This document shows positions 9,974 to 18,224 of a stretch of 40,584 nucleotides of DNA, piece after piece. The translations under genes and the position numbers were made by a program. How positions within the stretch are numbered: position 1 is the stretch's first letter; every line of letters begins with the position of its first letter. The notes below the pieces were generated by a model. That model ran no database searches. It was not told where the DNA came from and was given only the letters and a program-made list of their open reading frames with translations. The DNA is taken from the IMG/VR virus record IMGVR_UViG_3300021256_000060. One strand, given 5' to 3'. The stretch comes from an uncultured virus (IMG/VR IMGVR_UViG_3300021256_000060). Taxonomy: Duplodnaviria > Heunggongvirae > Uroviricota > Caudoviricetes.

Positions 9974-10312
9974 TTATAATCTTATTCTTGGTCCATTACT
10001 AGTATCAATGAGACCAATAACATCATCTGATGGATAATTTGTGTCTTTAAAACTACTATATAGAAATGCTGCAAACATAGATTGAAATTCCATTATTCGT
10101 CTAGTTTCTTGGGTAGTTATATCTGCATTAAATACATAGTGTTTATAGAGACTATCATAATAGAATGGAGCTACATATCTATCAGATAGCGAAGCAGTAT
10201 AAGATATACTCATTATGTTTCGATTATCCATTTTCTTATCTCTATTGATATATACATTACCCATATATGTATCTAACATAGCCTTATATCTTGTTCTTTG
10301 TCTATTATTCAT
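9974..10312 (-). CDS. Hypothetical protein, MNNR paralog family
   Basis: Start moved to the ATG at 10312 (MNNRQRTRYKAMLDTY, RBS AAGAGGGA); shares APFYY with the next two ORFs. Confidence 0.75.
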   Translation of the reverse strand: MNNRQRTRYKAMLDTYMGNVYINRDKKMDNRNIMSISYTASLSDRYVAPFYYDSLYKHYVFNADITTQETRRIMEFQSMFAAFLYSSFKDTNYPSDDVIGLIDTSNGPRIRL

Positions 10313-10341
10313 ATTAATCCCTCTTATCAAGCAGTTATTGC

Positions 10342-10734
10342 TCAATCATATGCCCCATAGAATGAGTTCTCTCGGATTAATCTCATATGACGTTCAAATG
10401 GAGTTTCTCCTTTTGAGAATGGTCTATCATCATATTCATTGGTAACCTTATCCAAGTTCTCTTTCATCTTAAAGGACATTTTTTCCATTTCTATACGGTG
10501 TTGTTTTTCTCTATTCCAAAGATCCATTATTTGAATATAGCTTCCCCTAGCAGCATTATAATAAAATGGGACAGGAGTTAGGCTATCATCTCTAACCGCT
10601 AGTCTAATACATTGATCTATTTGATCTTTCTCCATAGGAACCAGTACTCCAGTTATCAGATCTGTAGTCCATACCTTACCTTCTACATATGTAGATAACA
10701 TAGCCTTTCTTAGATTTCTTTGTCTATTATTCAT
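10342..10734 (-). CDS. Hypothetical protein, MNNR paralog family
   Basis: Start moved to the ATG at 10734 (MNNRQRNLRKAMLSTYVEGKV, RBS GAGGAG); PFYYN and GETP..R..RLIRENS.YG shared with 10736..11122. Confidence 0.75.
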   Translation of the reverse strand: MNNRQRNLRKAMLSTYVEGKVWTTDLITGVLVPMEKDQIDQCIRLAVRDDSLTPVPFYYNAARGSYIQIMDLWNREKQHRIEMEKMSFKMKENLDKVTNEYDDRPFSKGETPFERHMRLIRENSFYGAYD

Positions 10735-10735
10735 A

Positions 10736-11122
10736 TTAACTCCTCTTATCAAGCAGTTCTTGCTCAGTAACACCATCTACTCCATACAGTGAGTTCTCTC
10801 TGATTAATCTAAGTCTTCGTTGCAATGGGGTTTCTCCTGTTGCTGGTGTTCCGGCCGTTTTATGGGCATACCAAGATATTTGTTCTAACGTAATTCTATT
10901 GCTTTTATTACATGCATCCATTTCGAATATATATTGTTTTCTTCCACTATTGTAATAGAATGGTGCACTTTCGTAATTCGTTAGACATAGGTTTATGTGA
11001 TAAAGAATATCACATCTCTTCATAGGAACCAGGTTAGTAAATAGGGATTCTTTTCTAAGTACTTTCCCTTCTACATATGTAGACAACATAGCCTTTCTTA
11101 GATTTCTTTTTCTATTATTCAT
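10736..11122 (-). CDS. Hypothetical protein, MNNR paralog family
   Basis: 128 aa; N-terminal 21 aa differ by one residue from 10342..10734. Confidence 0.75.
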   Translation of the reverse strand: MNNRKRNLRKAMLSTYVEGKVLRKESLFTNLVPMKRCDILYHINLCLTNYESAPFYYNSGRKQYIFEMDACNKSNRITLEQISWYAHKTAGTPATGETPLQRRLRLIRENSLYGVDGVTEQELLDKRS

Positions 11123-11126
11123 ATTA

Positions 11127-11645
11127 TCACCTACTTAACATTGCTTTATAGTTATTTAGTAAGAATGCCTCTAAATAACCACATGACGTATTTACCATAC
11201 GAGTATCTACTGTTTGGTTGCAATACTTTTTAATTAGCTTGTTATATTCTATATAGATATTTCTATTAGTATAAATACTATCAAACACATTTTCAAAAGA
11301 TATAATGTCTTGATGTAAGAAGTAATCATAATGAGCCGCTTCTTGAGATTCGTATAATAAGTGTCGCTTTATACTCTTCTTAATCAGTTCTTCCTTATGT
11401 TGAGCTATCTCTTTATACTGTACCATAAATGGTACTAGATTGATTATTATTTCTCCATGTCTACCATATATACTTCTAGATTCTTCGGACATGTATAGTT
11501 TAGTCATACTATATTGAGTATTGGGCATGATCCCATGGCAATCATGTACACATGTAATTATCCAATTCTCATTATTTAATTTCAACTCCTTAATACAATC
11601 ATTCACCCATCCCTTAATAGTATTTTTGATTTGATAGTCTGTCAT
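11127..11645 (-). CDS. Hypothetical protein
   Basis: Start moved to the ATG at 11645 (MTDYQIK), which has RBS AAGGAGGT; early-type promoter just upstream. Confidence 0.7.
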   Translation of the reverse strand: MTDYQIKNTIKGWVNDCIKELKLNNENWIITCVHDCHGIMPNTQYSMTKLYMSEESRSIYGRHGEIIINLVPFMVQYKEIAQHKEELIKKSIKRHLLYESQEAAHYDYFLHQDIISFENVFDSIYTNRNIYIEYNKLIKKYCNQTVDTRMVNTSCGYLEAFLLNNYKAMLSR

Positions 11646-11661
11646 ACTATCTACCTCCTTC

Positions 11662-11679
11662 TTCATCTATATAATATAT
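11662..11679 (-). promoter_or_regulatory. Putative early phage promoter
   Basis: ATATATTATA-taga-TGAA. Confidence 0.6.
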
Positions 11680-11695
11680 TATTCAAATGATAATT

Positions 11696-11718
11696 GGGGT
11701 AGTCAAATAGACTACCCC
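11696..11718 (-). terminator. Terminator-like hairpin
   Basis: GGGGTAGTC/GACTACCCC stem downstream of 11731..13530. Confidence 0.6.
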
Positions 11719-11730
11719 CTATATATTTTT

Positions 11731-13530
11731 TTAGAACGTTATTAGTCTTGGATCATACTTAGGAAGTCTCATATTAATATATTCGACTCTTCTCCCTTGA
11801 TGACGTTGATACTTATCCATCTCTATTGCTTTTATCATCTCATCTCGTATTTTGTCTTGAGGAAGATATTCACAATAGGCTCCACTACTGCTAATCCCTA
11901 CGCATGATACATTATGAGCAATGCACCAATCAATTACCTTACTAATAGGCTCATTCATATAATAAGTTGGATTATTTAGATATATGAATACTCTATTAAG
12001 AGGATATCCATTCTTTCTTTCACTCATATGATATATAAATCTATTTAGTGATTGATAAGTGATAACCATATTACGATAATCATATCTTATAGGTACTTGG
12101 AATAGATTATTATCTTTGATCTTATAGTTCTTAGCTAGATTATAAATATCAAAGTCACTTCTATATTGACCACCATATACAATATCTAAATCTATCTTTC
12201 TATAATATCTATCCAATAGAGTTACTAAACTACTTTTTAATACGAATGGTTCATACATCCATATCGGTGATACTAGTATAGCAACTCTAGCCTTTGGTAA
12301 TGGATGTGGATTAGGAACTGTTTTCTCTTCCTCTTTCTCTCCTTGTACGTTTATAGTGCTATCCACAAATACACTTTTAGGAGTTCCTACTATAATACTA
12401 GCACGTAGTATCTCACTCCAAAACCATTGTAATGGATTTTCTTTGACTTTGATAGTAGCATCAAAATCATGATTAGTACTAGTAGCTACATTTACACTAG
12501 CATTGAATTCTCTTCTAGTATATACACTCTCCATACTAGTAGTACAATCAATATCCGCATGGATTGTAGGTAATAGTACACAACTACCACTTAATACATC
12601 AAAGTCCACATTCTCTTTCTCTATTGTGATAGTACCTTCCATTTTAATCTCACCAAAATAATTATGGTCATCAACCATAATTGTACATGGTATATTTACT
12701 TTAGAAGATGGTGGTACCTCTATCCTAGCTGTTAAACATTGGCATAGACATCTTCTCTTTACTAACAATCTACACGGTACATCCTTTGCTCTATATTGAT
12801 TATATATCTTACACTTACCTTCTAGCAAAGTAATCTCTTCATCATCCTTCTCATAAGTGAGATTACCCATTATATTTTCATAAGCTTCTTCTTTATTTAT
12901 ATTAAGCTTACCAAATATATCATACTTTCCTTCTTCTTTTTCGTATAATAGTTTACCATTTAAGTAGTGTTCTAGTATTCCCGGTCCTTCATAAGTCAAT
13001 TTACCCTTTATTGATTTAGATACATCTATACCATCTATGGATACGTGTCCATCAATATCTACTTGTCTTATTCCCTGTTTATAAGATATCTTTCCTCGAA
13101 TAGCTTTATCTAATCTTTCTTCATCAATCCATAAACTACCATTGATATCTTTCTCTAAACATGGAATATAGTATATATGACCACTAATAAGATCATTATT
13201 AGATTCATTTTTAACATATTCTACTTTACCTTTTAGAATATCATTCTTATAGAAACTATATTCTATATTTGTTCTACCATCTACTTCTATTCTACAATCA
13301 TCATCTATCCATATCTTATCTATCTCTATTGTACATGGAAATCCATAATCTACTACTCCTGTTTTCTTTAATTCTACTTTACCATCTATATCCTCTTTTA
13401 CCTCTATGGGATCTATTGTCATACTACCCCATATATAACTAATTATTTTAATACCATAATGAGTTTTTACACTAATGCTTGATGGTATTGAATAACTATA
13501 TCTTCTAGTGATTTCTTCTTCACCATTCAT
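11731..13530 (-). CDS. Beta-repeat protein with a C-terminal SLOG/YspA-like domain (probable virion protein)
   Basis: 599 aa. About 14-aa periodic [ILV]xG[KHN][ILV]x[YIV] repeats over the first ~400 aa. C-terminus RVAILVSPIW...IVYGGQYRSDFDIYNLAK resembles the SLOG pattern R[IV]xxxGSR...[IV]xxGGAxGAD. RBS AAAGGAG. Confidence 0.6.
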   Translation of the reverse strand: MNGEEEITRRYSYSIPSSISVKTHYGIKIISYIWGSMTIDPIEVKEDIDGKVELKKTGVVDYGFPCTIEIDKIWIDDDCRIEVDGRTNIEYSFYKNDILKGKVEYVKNESNNDLISGHIYYIPCLEKDINGSLWIDEERLDKAIRGKISYKQGIRQVDIDGHVSIDGIDVSKSIKGKLTYEGPGILEHYLNGKLLYEKEEGKYDIFGKLNINKEEAYENIMGNLTYEKDDEEITLLEGKCKIYNQYRAKDVPCRLLVKRRCLCQCLTARIEVPPSSKVNIPCTIMVDDHNYFGEIKMEGTITIEKENVDFDVLSGSCVLLPTIHADIDCTTSMESVYTRREFNASVNVATSTNHDFDATIKVKENPLQWFWSEILRASIIVGTPKSVFVDSTINVQGEKEEEKTVPNPHPLPKARVAILVSPIWMYEPFVLKSSLVTLLDRYYRKIDLDIVYGGQYRSDFDIYNLAKNYKIKDNNLFQVPIRYDYRNMVITYQSLNRFIYHMSERKNGYPLNRVFIYLNNPTYYMNEPISKVIDWCIAHNVSCVGISSSGAYCEYLPQDKIRDEMIKAIEMDKYQRHQGRRVEYINMRLPKYDPRLITF

Positions 13531-13590
13531 AGAATACTCACTCCTTTATGTTATATTAATAATATGTGAAAGAATGGTAATTTTGGTTAT

Positions 13591-13756
13591 TATAGTCGTT
13601 TACTGGAAGATTCTGGAACGTAGTGACAGAATATCAAAAACGACTATATGCTTCGAAGAAGCATATACCGAACGAAGTGAGGTGTCTGAGCGAAGCGAAG
13701 TGACCGAGTGAAACGAGGTCTATAGATAGGTCATAATTTATCTTTAATGACCTATC
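13591..13756 (+). other. Cluster of GNA-triloop hairpins, most with tandem GA mismatches
   Basis: ttctg-GA-ac-GTA-gt-GA-cagaa, tatatgcttc-GAA-gaagcatata, acc-GA-ac-GAA-gt-GA-ggt, ct-GA-gc-GAA-gc-GA-ag and gacc-GA-gt-GAA-ac-GA-ggtc back to back, then the stem GATAGGTCAT/ATGACCTATC. Confidence 0.7.
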
Positions 13757-14157
13757 ACACTAAATACCCGATTTAGAGGGTAAAAAAGTGATAGCTGTAT
13801 AGTAACGATGTCGATTGATATGAACGATAACCTGACTTGACCTGAGTTACTATATAACTTTATTTTCTCTATTATTATATTACCTGACTAACCTAACTTG
13901 AACTATCTTACTTACTAAGTGACTACCGAGTAGATTTCTACTAGGCTATGAGGATTCCGTAGCGGGATGACCTGACTATACTCAGTCTATTTTTCTATTA
14001 CTAAGCTTCTACAGGTTATTATACATTACTATTGGTAGACTGAGAGACAGATCCTGACATGATGAAACTCATAGCAGGAATGAGGTAGGAACGAAACAAT
14101 GAAATATCAATCTTTTTTACTATACTATATAATTGACAGTTTCAAGTTTGTTCAAAA

Positions 14158-14189
14158 AATAAAAATGGGCCCGAGAGCCCATTTTTATT
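14158..14189. terminator. Bidirectional intrinsic terminator
   Basis: AATAAAAATGGGC-ccgaga-GCCCATTTTTATT. Confidence 0.75.
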
Positions 14190-14191
14190 CC

Positions 14192-14893
14192 TCACCATCC
14201 CTCCCAGCCTAAAGTTTTCATGTCTATACTAGACAATCCATATTTATGTTTGTATTCTACCTCGCATCTTCTAGAACAGAAATGTACCTTTCTATCATTC
14301 CGTTCAACTACTTTATCACTATCTATGTATTTCCCATTAAGCTTTCTTCTCTTAGCATGAAGAATATGAAGCTTCCCACAGTTAGAACACCATCCAGTAG
14401 TAGTAGAATATGGACTCAACTCCACATGAGCATGGATACCATCAGGTCCGAATATAATCATATATGGACACAATCTGGCCAACTGAATCAGTAACCCTAT
14501 TTCTGGATTTATATTAACCTGATTCTCTGCCCATATTTTGTAATCCTTTTCAGATAGAACAACTAATCTCTCGTACCCGTCTGGTCCAACAAATAAAGGT
14601 ATCTCGTTTGCCAATGGATCTCTATTGAACGCTCTTCTAAACGCTCTAATAACATCGTCATTTTTATAACTGTACTCATCATCCATTTTTATAGAGAGAT
14701 AGGAGTCTCTAGGACAATCATTCAATATCCTATAATTTTCATCTTGAACCATAGGTTCTGCTATACATCCTATAGCTCTAGTATAAGGGTCTAATATATA
14801 TTGACCCTCAAAATTTATGCACTCTCTCATTACGTCAAGAGAGTACTTCTCTTTAAGATATCTTACTGGAACTCTGGTTACTATTTGCATCAT
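14192..14893 (-). CDS. Zinc-finger protein (C-terminal TRASH/MYM-like CxxC...FCxxxC)
   Basis: WCSNCGK...HFCSRRCE; paralog of 14896..15375. Confidence 0.75.
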   Translation of the reverse strand: MMQIVTRVPVRYLKEKYSLDVMRECINFEGQYILDPYTRAIGCIAEPMVQDENYRILNDCPRDSYLSIKMDDEYSYKNDDVIRAFRRAFNRDPLANEIPLFVGPDGYERLVVLSEKDYKIWAENQVNINPEIGLLIQLARLCPYMIIFGPDGIHAHVELSPYSTTTGWCSNCGKLHILHAKRRKLNGKYIDSDKVVERNDRKVHFCSRRCEVEYKHKYGLSSIDMKTLGWEGW

Positions 14894-14895
14894 TA

Positions 14896-15375
14896 TTATC
14901 TTCTCCTTATTCTACGTTCAAACTCTTCTTTGCATATATGATTACAGAAATGAAGATTTCCTAATCTATATACGTAATATAATCCTGATCCTACAATTAT
15001 GGGAGTATTACATATAGGACAGTTTACTGTTTTCTTCTCATCTATGGTTATTACATGAGCATGGATATTATCATCATTGAATACAATATCGAATGGAGTT
15101 GTCCTATAAAACTCAGTAATATCAATGGTATAATCGAATAGTACATACAACTTGTTTATTTGATATACGTCGTGTACTGATAATATAGCTAGTCTATTCT
15201 CGACTCCATTCACAATCAATATAGGAACTTCCCCGTTTTCTACAATGGGAGGATATCCAACTAATCTAGTATATTTAGAAACAAGAGCGTTTAGGCTTAC
15301 TAGTTTCATATCGTTTGATAAATCTGTACTAGGATTAGTGATAATAATAGGATCTCCCCGATTTTCTACAATCAT
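14896..15375 (-). CDS. Zinc-finger protein (C-terminal TRASH/MYM-like)
   Basis: NCPICNT...HFCNHICK; shares IVFNDDNIHAHV with IIFGPDGIHAHV of the neighbour; RBS AGGAG. Confidence 0.75.
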   Translation of the reverse strand: MIVENRGDPIIITNPSTDLSNDMKLVSLNALVSKYTRLVGYPPIVENGEVPILIVNGVENRLAILSVHDVYQINKLYVLFDYTIDITEFYRTTPFDIVFNDDNIHAHVITIDEKKTVNCPICNTPIIVGSGLYYVYRLGNLHFCNHICKEEFERRIRRR

Positions 15376-15431
15376 TAATCTTCATCTCCTGATTAAAAAA
15401 GTTTATTGATTTGATATAGCTTTAAGATGAT

Positions 15432-15456
15432 GGACTACTCCTAAATGGAGTAGTCC
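15432..15456. other. Hairpin in a divergent intergenic region
   Basis: GGACTACTCC-taaat-GGAGTAGTCC. Confidence 0.55.
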
Positions 15457-15467
15457 TATTCACCCTA

Positions 15468-15519
15468 TTCATTATTATAGTATATATTCATTTTTAATAT
15501 TGTCTAAGACAGTCCTATA
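15468..15519. promoter_or_regulatory. Divergent promoter pair: early-type (minus) and late-type (plus)
   Basis: Minus strand ATATACTATA-ataa-TGAA (15485-15468); plus strand GACA-gtccta-TA (15508-15519). Confidence 0.55.
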
Positions 15520-15548
15520 ATAATTATAGGGTATAAGGAGGAATTAGA

Positions 15549-16403
15549 ATGAAATCTATTAATCTTATATGGGTACCAAATATAAAGGAGATTACTAGTG
15601 ATAGTATTCCTATATATAGGGGTAATGGAGATCATATAGTAAAGATCATAGAGAAAATAAAAGAGAATTGTCAAAAAGATGAATTAGATATACCTCTCTA
15701 TATGGATGAGTATTCTAAAGAGAATAATCGTGTATCTCTTCTTCTTACAATATCAGATTATCTGAATGAAGAAGATAATGATGCTGAGGTGACTCAATAC
15801 TTTGTTCTTCCTTATGGCCAGATTACCAAGATAAAAGACTTTGATAAGTTATCCAAATCTGTACAAACTCTATGTGATAACTATTTGGAATCACTTACTA
15901 AGGATATTGATTCTACTAAGTCTATACTTTCTAAGGACGAGGCTAAGCTTAGTACATTAGACCCTAATCCTGATATTGATTTAGATAAGAAGCTTTGCTT
16001 ACTTACAGAGATTGGATTCTGTTATGCTGCTATACAATCATATATGAATGATCATGAAGAAGAGATCCAGGATAGTTTCAATGATGCTATTAAAGAGTCT
16101 AGAGAAGAGGCTATTGAGGAAGAAGAGATTAGAACTGAGCTAGATATGATCAACTCTTCTATTAAGAGCATTCTAAAGGATAAAAAGGAATTTGAAAATG
16201 AAGAGTTTGTTCGTTGTATTTATAATCAACACGAAATCTCTCAGATTGATATGATAGAAGAACTCTCTTCTCATTACGTTCCTGAGTATATGCCTAAGAT
16301 TAAGAATATCAATGATACTCTAAATGATGAATATGAGATAGAAACTACTCATCTTATTATCACTAGAGATATTGGTGGTGGATTACGGTTAAAAAGAAAG
16401 TGA
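15549..16403 (+). CDS. Acidic hypothetical protein immediately upstream of the array
   Basis: 284 aa, RBS AAGGAGG, D/E-rich and helical. Confidence 0.85.
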   Translation: MKSINLIWVPNIKEITSDSIPIYRGNGDHIVKIIEKIKENCQKDELDIPLYMDEYSKENNRVSLLLTISDYLNEEDNDAEVTQYFVLPYGQITKIKDFDKLSKSVQTLCDNYLESLTKDIDSTKSILSKDEAKLSTLDPNPDIDLDKKLCLLTEIGFCYAAIQSYMNDHEEEIQDSFNDAIKESREEAIEEEEIRTELDMINSSIKSILKDKKEFENEEFVRCIYNQHEISQIDMIEELSSHYVPEYMPKIKNINDTLNDEYEIETTHLIITRDIGGGLRLKRK

Positions 16404-16420
16404 TAATCACTATTAGCTAT

Positions 16421-17262
16421 TAACCAATATAGTGGATAAAGTGAACTGTCCAGATTTATATCTATTAAAGAATATAATGGACTAAAGGACTGAAATTCTA
16501 TATCAAAGGACAAATGTAACTATCAAAAAGTAGTTCAATGAAGAAGTGGAATGAAACTGCCAAGGAGTATACCAATACATTTTGTCTAATGCAGAATAAT
16601 TAAACGAATCCAATTTAGTGAGTGAATGCATTATTATAGGTTTTATCCAATTATGCATATTAATGAAAATGATGCTTTAGAAACCAATTACAAGATGAAA
16701 TGAACTACCACTATATATGACCAATGCGAGAACAGAGTGAGCTTAAGCCTATTAAACCAATAGTGCGTTGAAAAACGGATTATATTTTATAATATCAATG
16801 ATTCGATATAATGGACTGATATTCTATACTATTAATGAGTCGATAAAATGAATTACAATGATCAATATCAATAGGAGTAAAAATGTAATAAAAATCATAT
16901 GTCAATAATATAGTTATTGTACTGATACTGCCAAACTAATGAGCACGTAAATGATTATTTATTTTTACCACATAGCAATATTCCAATTAGTGAGAAAAGT
17001 GAACTAATATTACTAAACATAATTAAAGGAGAGAAATGTAATAAAATCCTACAAACCAATATAACCATGCAATGAAATGCAAATTACTATACCGATGATG
17101 AAAGTGATTGAATGGAATATAATAGAATTCAATAAAAAGGATAACTGGATTAGTATATTTATTTACAATACATGACCAAACTGAACTGAATATAATGAAA
17201 TCAATAGACACACTCAATGAAATAGGATAATGTAAGACCAATATATAAAATAACTGAATAAT
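16421..17262 (+). ncRNA. TIGR-like tandem interspaced guide RNA array (about 23 units, period about 36-37 nt)
   Basis: YCAAT-like motif at 16424, 16461, 16497, 16535, 16572, 16610, 16647, 16684, 16721, 16757, 16795, 16832, 16868, 16902, 16936, 16983, 17019, 17056, 17092, 17129, 17165, 17201 and 17238, each followed 15-18 nt later by an RTGRAYT-like motif. The segments between motifs are largely unique and there is no credible ORF. Confidence 0.75.
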
Positions 17263-17276
17263 AGGAGGTAATTAGG

Positions 17277-17918
17277 TTGTTCTCAAAAAATAATAAATAC
17301 TGGTTCTGGAAATTTCGTAAACGTATTAGAGATAGGGAGAAGGTAGATCCTAACTTTAAATCTCCGTTGATCAAAGAAGCTGATGGACCTAAAGCCATAT
17401 GTCCGAAATGTGGACGTATTTTCGCTACTAGAGAGATACATGGCCAAAGAACTAAATTCTGCTCCAAAGAATGCTATTACCAATACCTACGTGACCTCTC
17501 TTCTAATAACCCATTAGAGAGACAGGCTAATGGGCGTAATAAACTTCATCCTGACAGGATACGTATGCAGAAACTGCTTGGACGTTTATTGAATCAAGAT
17601 GAGATGGTATATCGAATTGGAGATATGCCCAATGATATACGTGTCATGACTAGACAAGATATCGGTAAGCTTACTAACAATAAGAACAATCGGTTTAAGT
17701 TAGTAGAAGATGGAAACTACATGGCTCATGTAGTAGATAATACTGAGAGTAAACTCCATGGTATATGCCCAGTTTGCTCATCTGAATTTATAAAGAAGAA
17801 TCCTAAACAGGTGTTCTGTTCTAAGAGCTGTGCCTCTCATGTCAAGGTACATAAGAAGAAACAAGATATGGCTAACCTAAAGCAGATAGCATACTATGTT
17901 GATAGGGATAAACGATAG
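17277..17918 (+). CDS. Zinc-finger protein with a degenerate HNH_3-like segment
   Basis: Two CPxC...FCSKxC fingers flank HPDRIRMQKLLGRLLNQDEMVYRIGD, which resembles HRxxMExxLGRxLxxxExVHHxD with the HH replaced by YR. TTG start with RBS AGGAGG. Confidence 0.7.
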   Translation: MFSKNNKYWFWKFRKRIRDREKVDPNFKSPLIKEADGPKAICPKCGRIFATREIHGQRTKFCSKECYYQYLRDLSSNNPLERQANGRNKLHPDRIRMQKLLGRLLNQDEMVYRIGDMPNDIRVMTRQDIGKLTNNKNNRFKLVEDGNYMAHVVDNTESKLHGICPVCSSEFIKKNPKQVFCSKSCASHVKVHKKKQDMANLKQIAYYVDRDKR

Positions 17919-17925
17919 GATAGTT

Positions 17926-18056
17926 ATATACTATAGAATTGAGAAACAAGGAAGTTTCTCAAGGCTCTCTCGACGTAGTCATATCCCTTGCTAAACCCTT
18001 GACTACGCAACACAACTATAAAAAAGATAGGGCTTCTTCCTCCCTATCTTTTTTAT
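17926..18056 (+). ncRNA. Candidate small RNA: early-type promoter, two hairpins, terminator
   Basis: ATATACTATA-gaat-TGAG promoter motif; stems 17939-17962 and 17974-18007; terminator stem AAAAAGATAGGG/CCCTATCTTTTT; no ORF. Confidence 0.45.
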
Positions 18057-18143
18057 TTTTTATCATATAAATAACTAGATGATAACAAGTAATAGTCCCA
18101 CTTCACTATTATTTGTTCAATCATTGGTCTATTTCATTTATAT

Positions 18144-18179
18144 TGGGTAGGCTATTATTTAGCCTACCCCTCTCTTTTT
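18144..18179 (+). terminator. Terminator-like hairpin
   Basis: GGGTAGGCTA/TAGCCTACCC followed by ctctcTTTTT. Confidence 0.55.
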
Positions 18180-18191
18180 GACATCTTAGTA
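18180..18191 (+). promoter_or_regulatory. Putative late phage promoter
   Basis: GACA-tcttag-TA upstream of the endolysin RBS. Confidence 0.6.
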
Positions 18192-18224
18192 CTAAATAAA
18201 TGTAGTATAAAAGGAGGAATAGAA

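Noticed and set aside
13508..13711. 67-aa plus-strand ORF with an ERSE repeat
   Set aside because: The peptide repeat is a by-product of the GA-NN-GAA-NN-GA hairpin motif, and there is no RBS.
14050..14075. Hammerhead ribozyme core near CTGACATGATGAAAC
   Set aside because: It does not match CUGANGA...GAAA with the required stems.
16421..17262. CRISPR array
   Set aside because: Conserved parts are only 5-7 nt with two per unit, the period of ~36 nt is too short for repeat plus spacer, and no cas genes are present.
17023..17483. Minus-strand ORFs 17023..17241, 17201..17467 and 17283..17483
   Set aside because: No convincing RBS; they are antisense to the array or the Zn-finger gene and have atypical composition.
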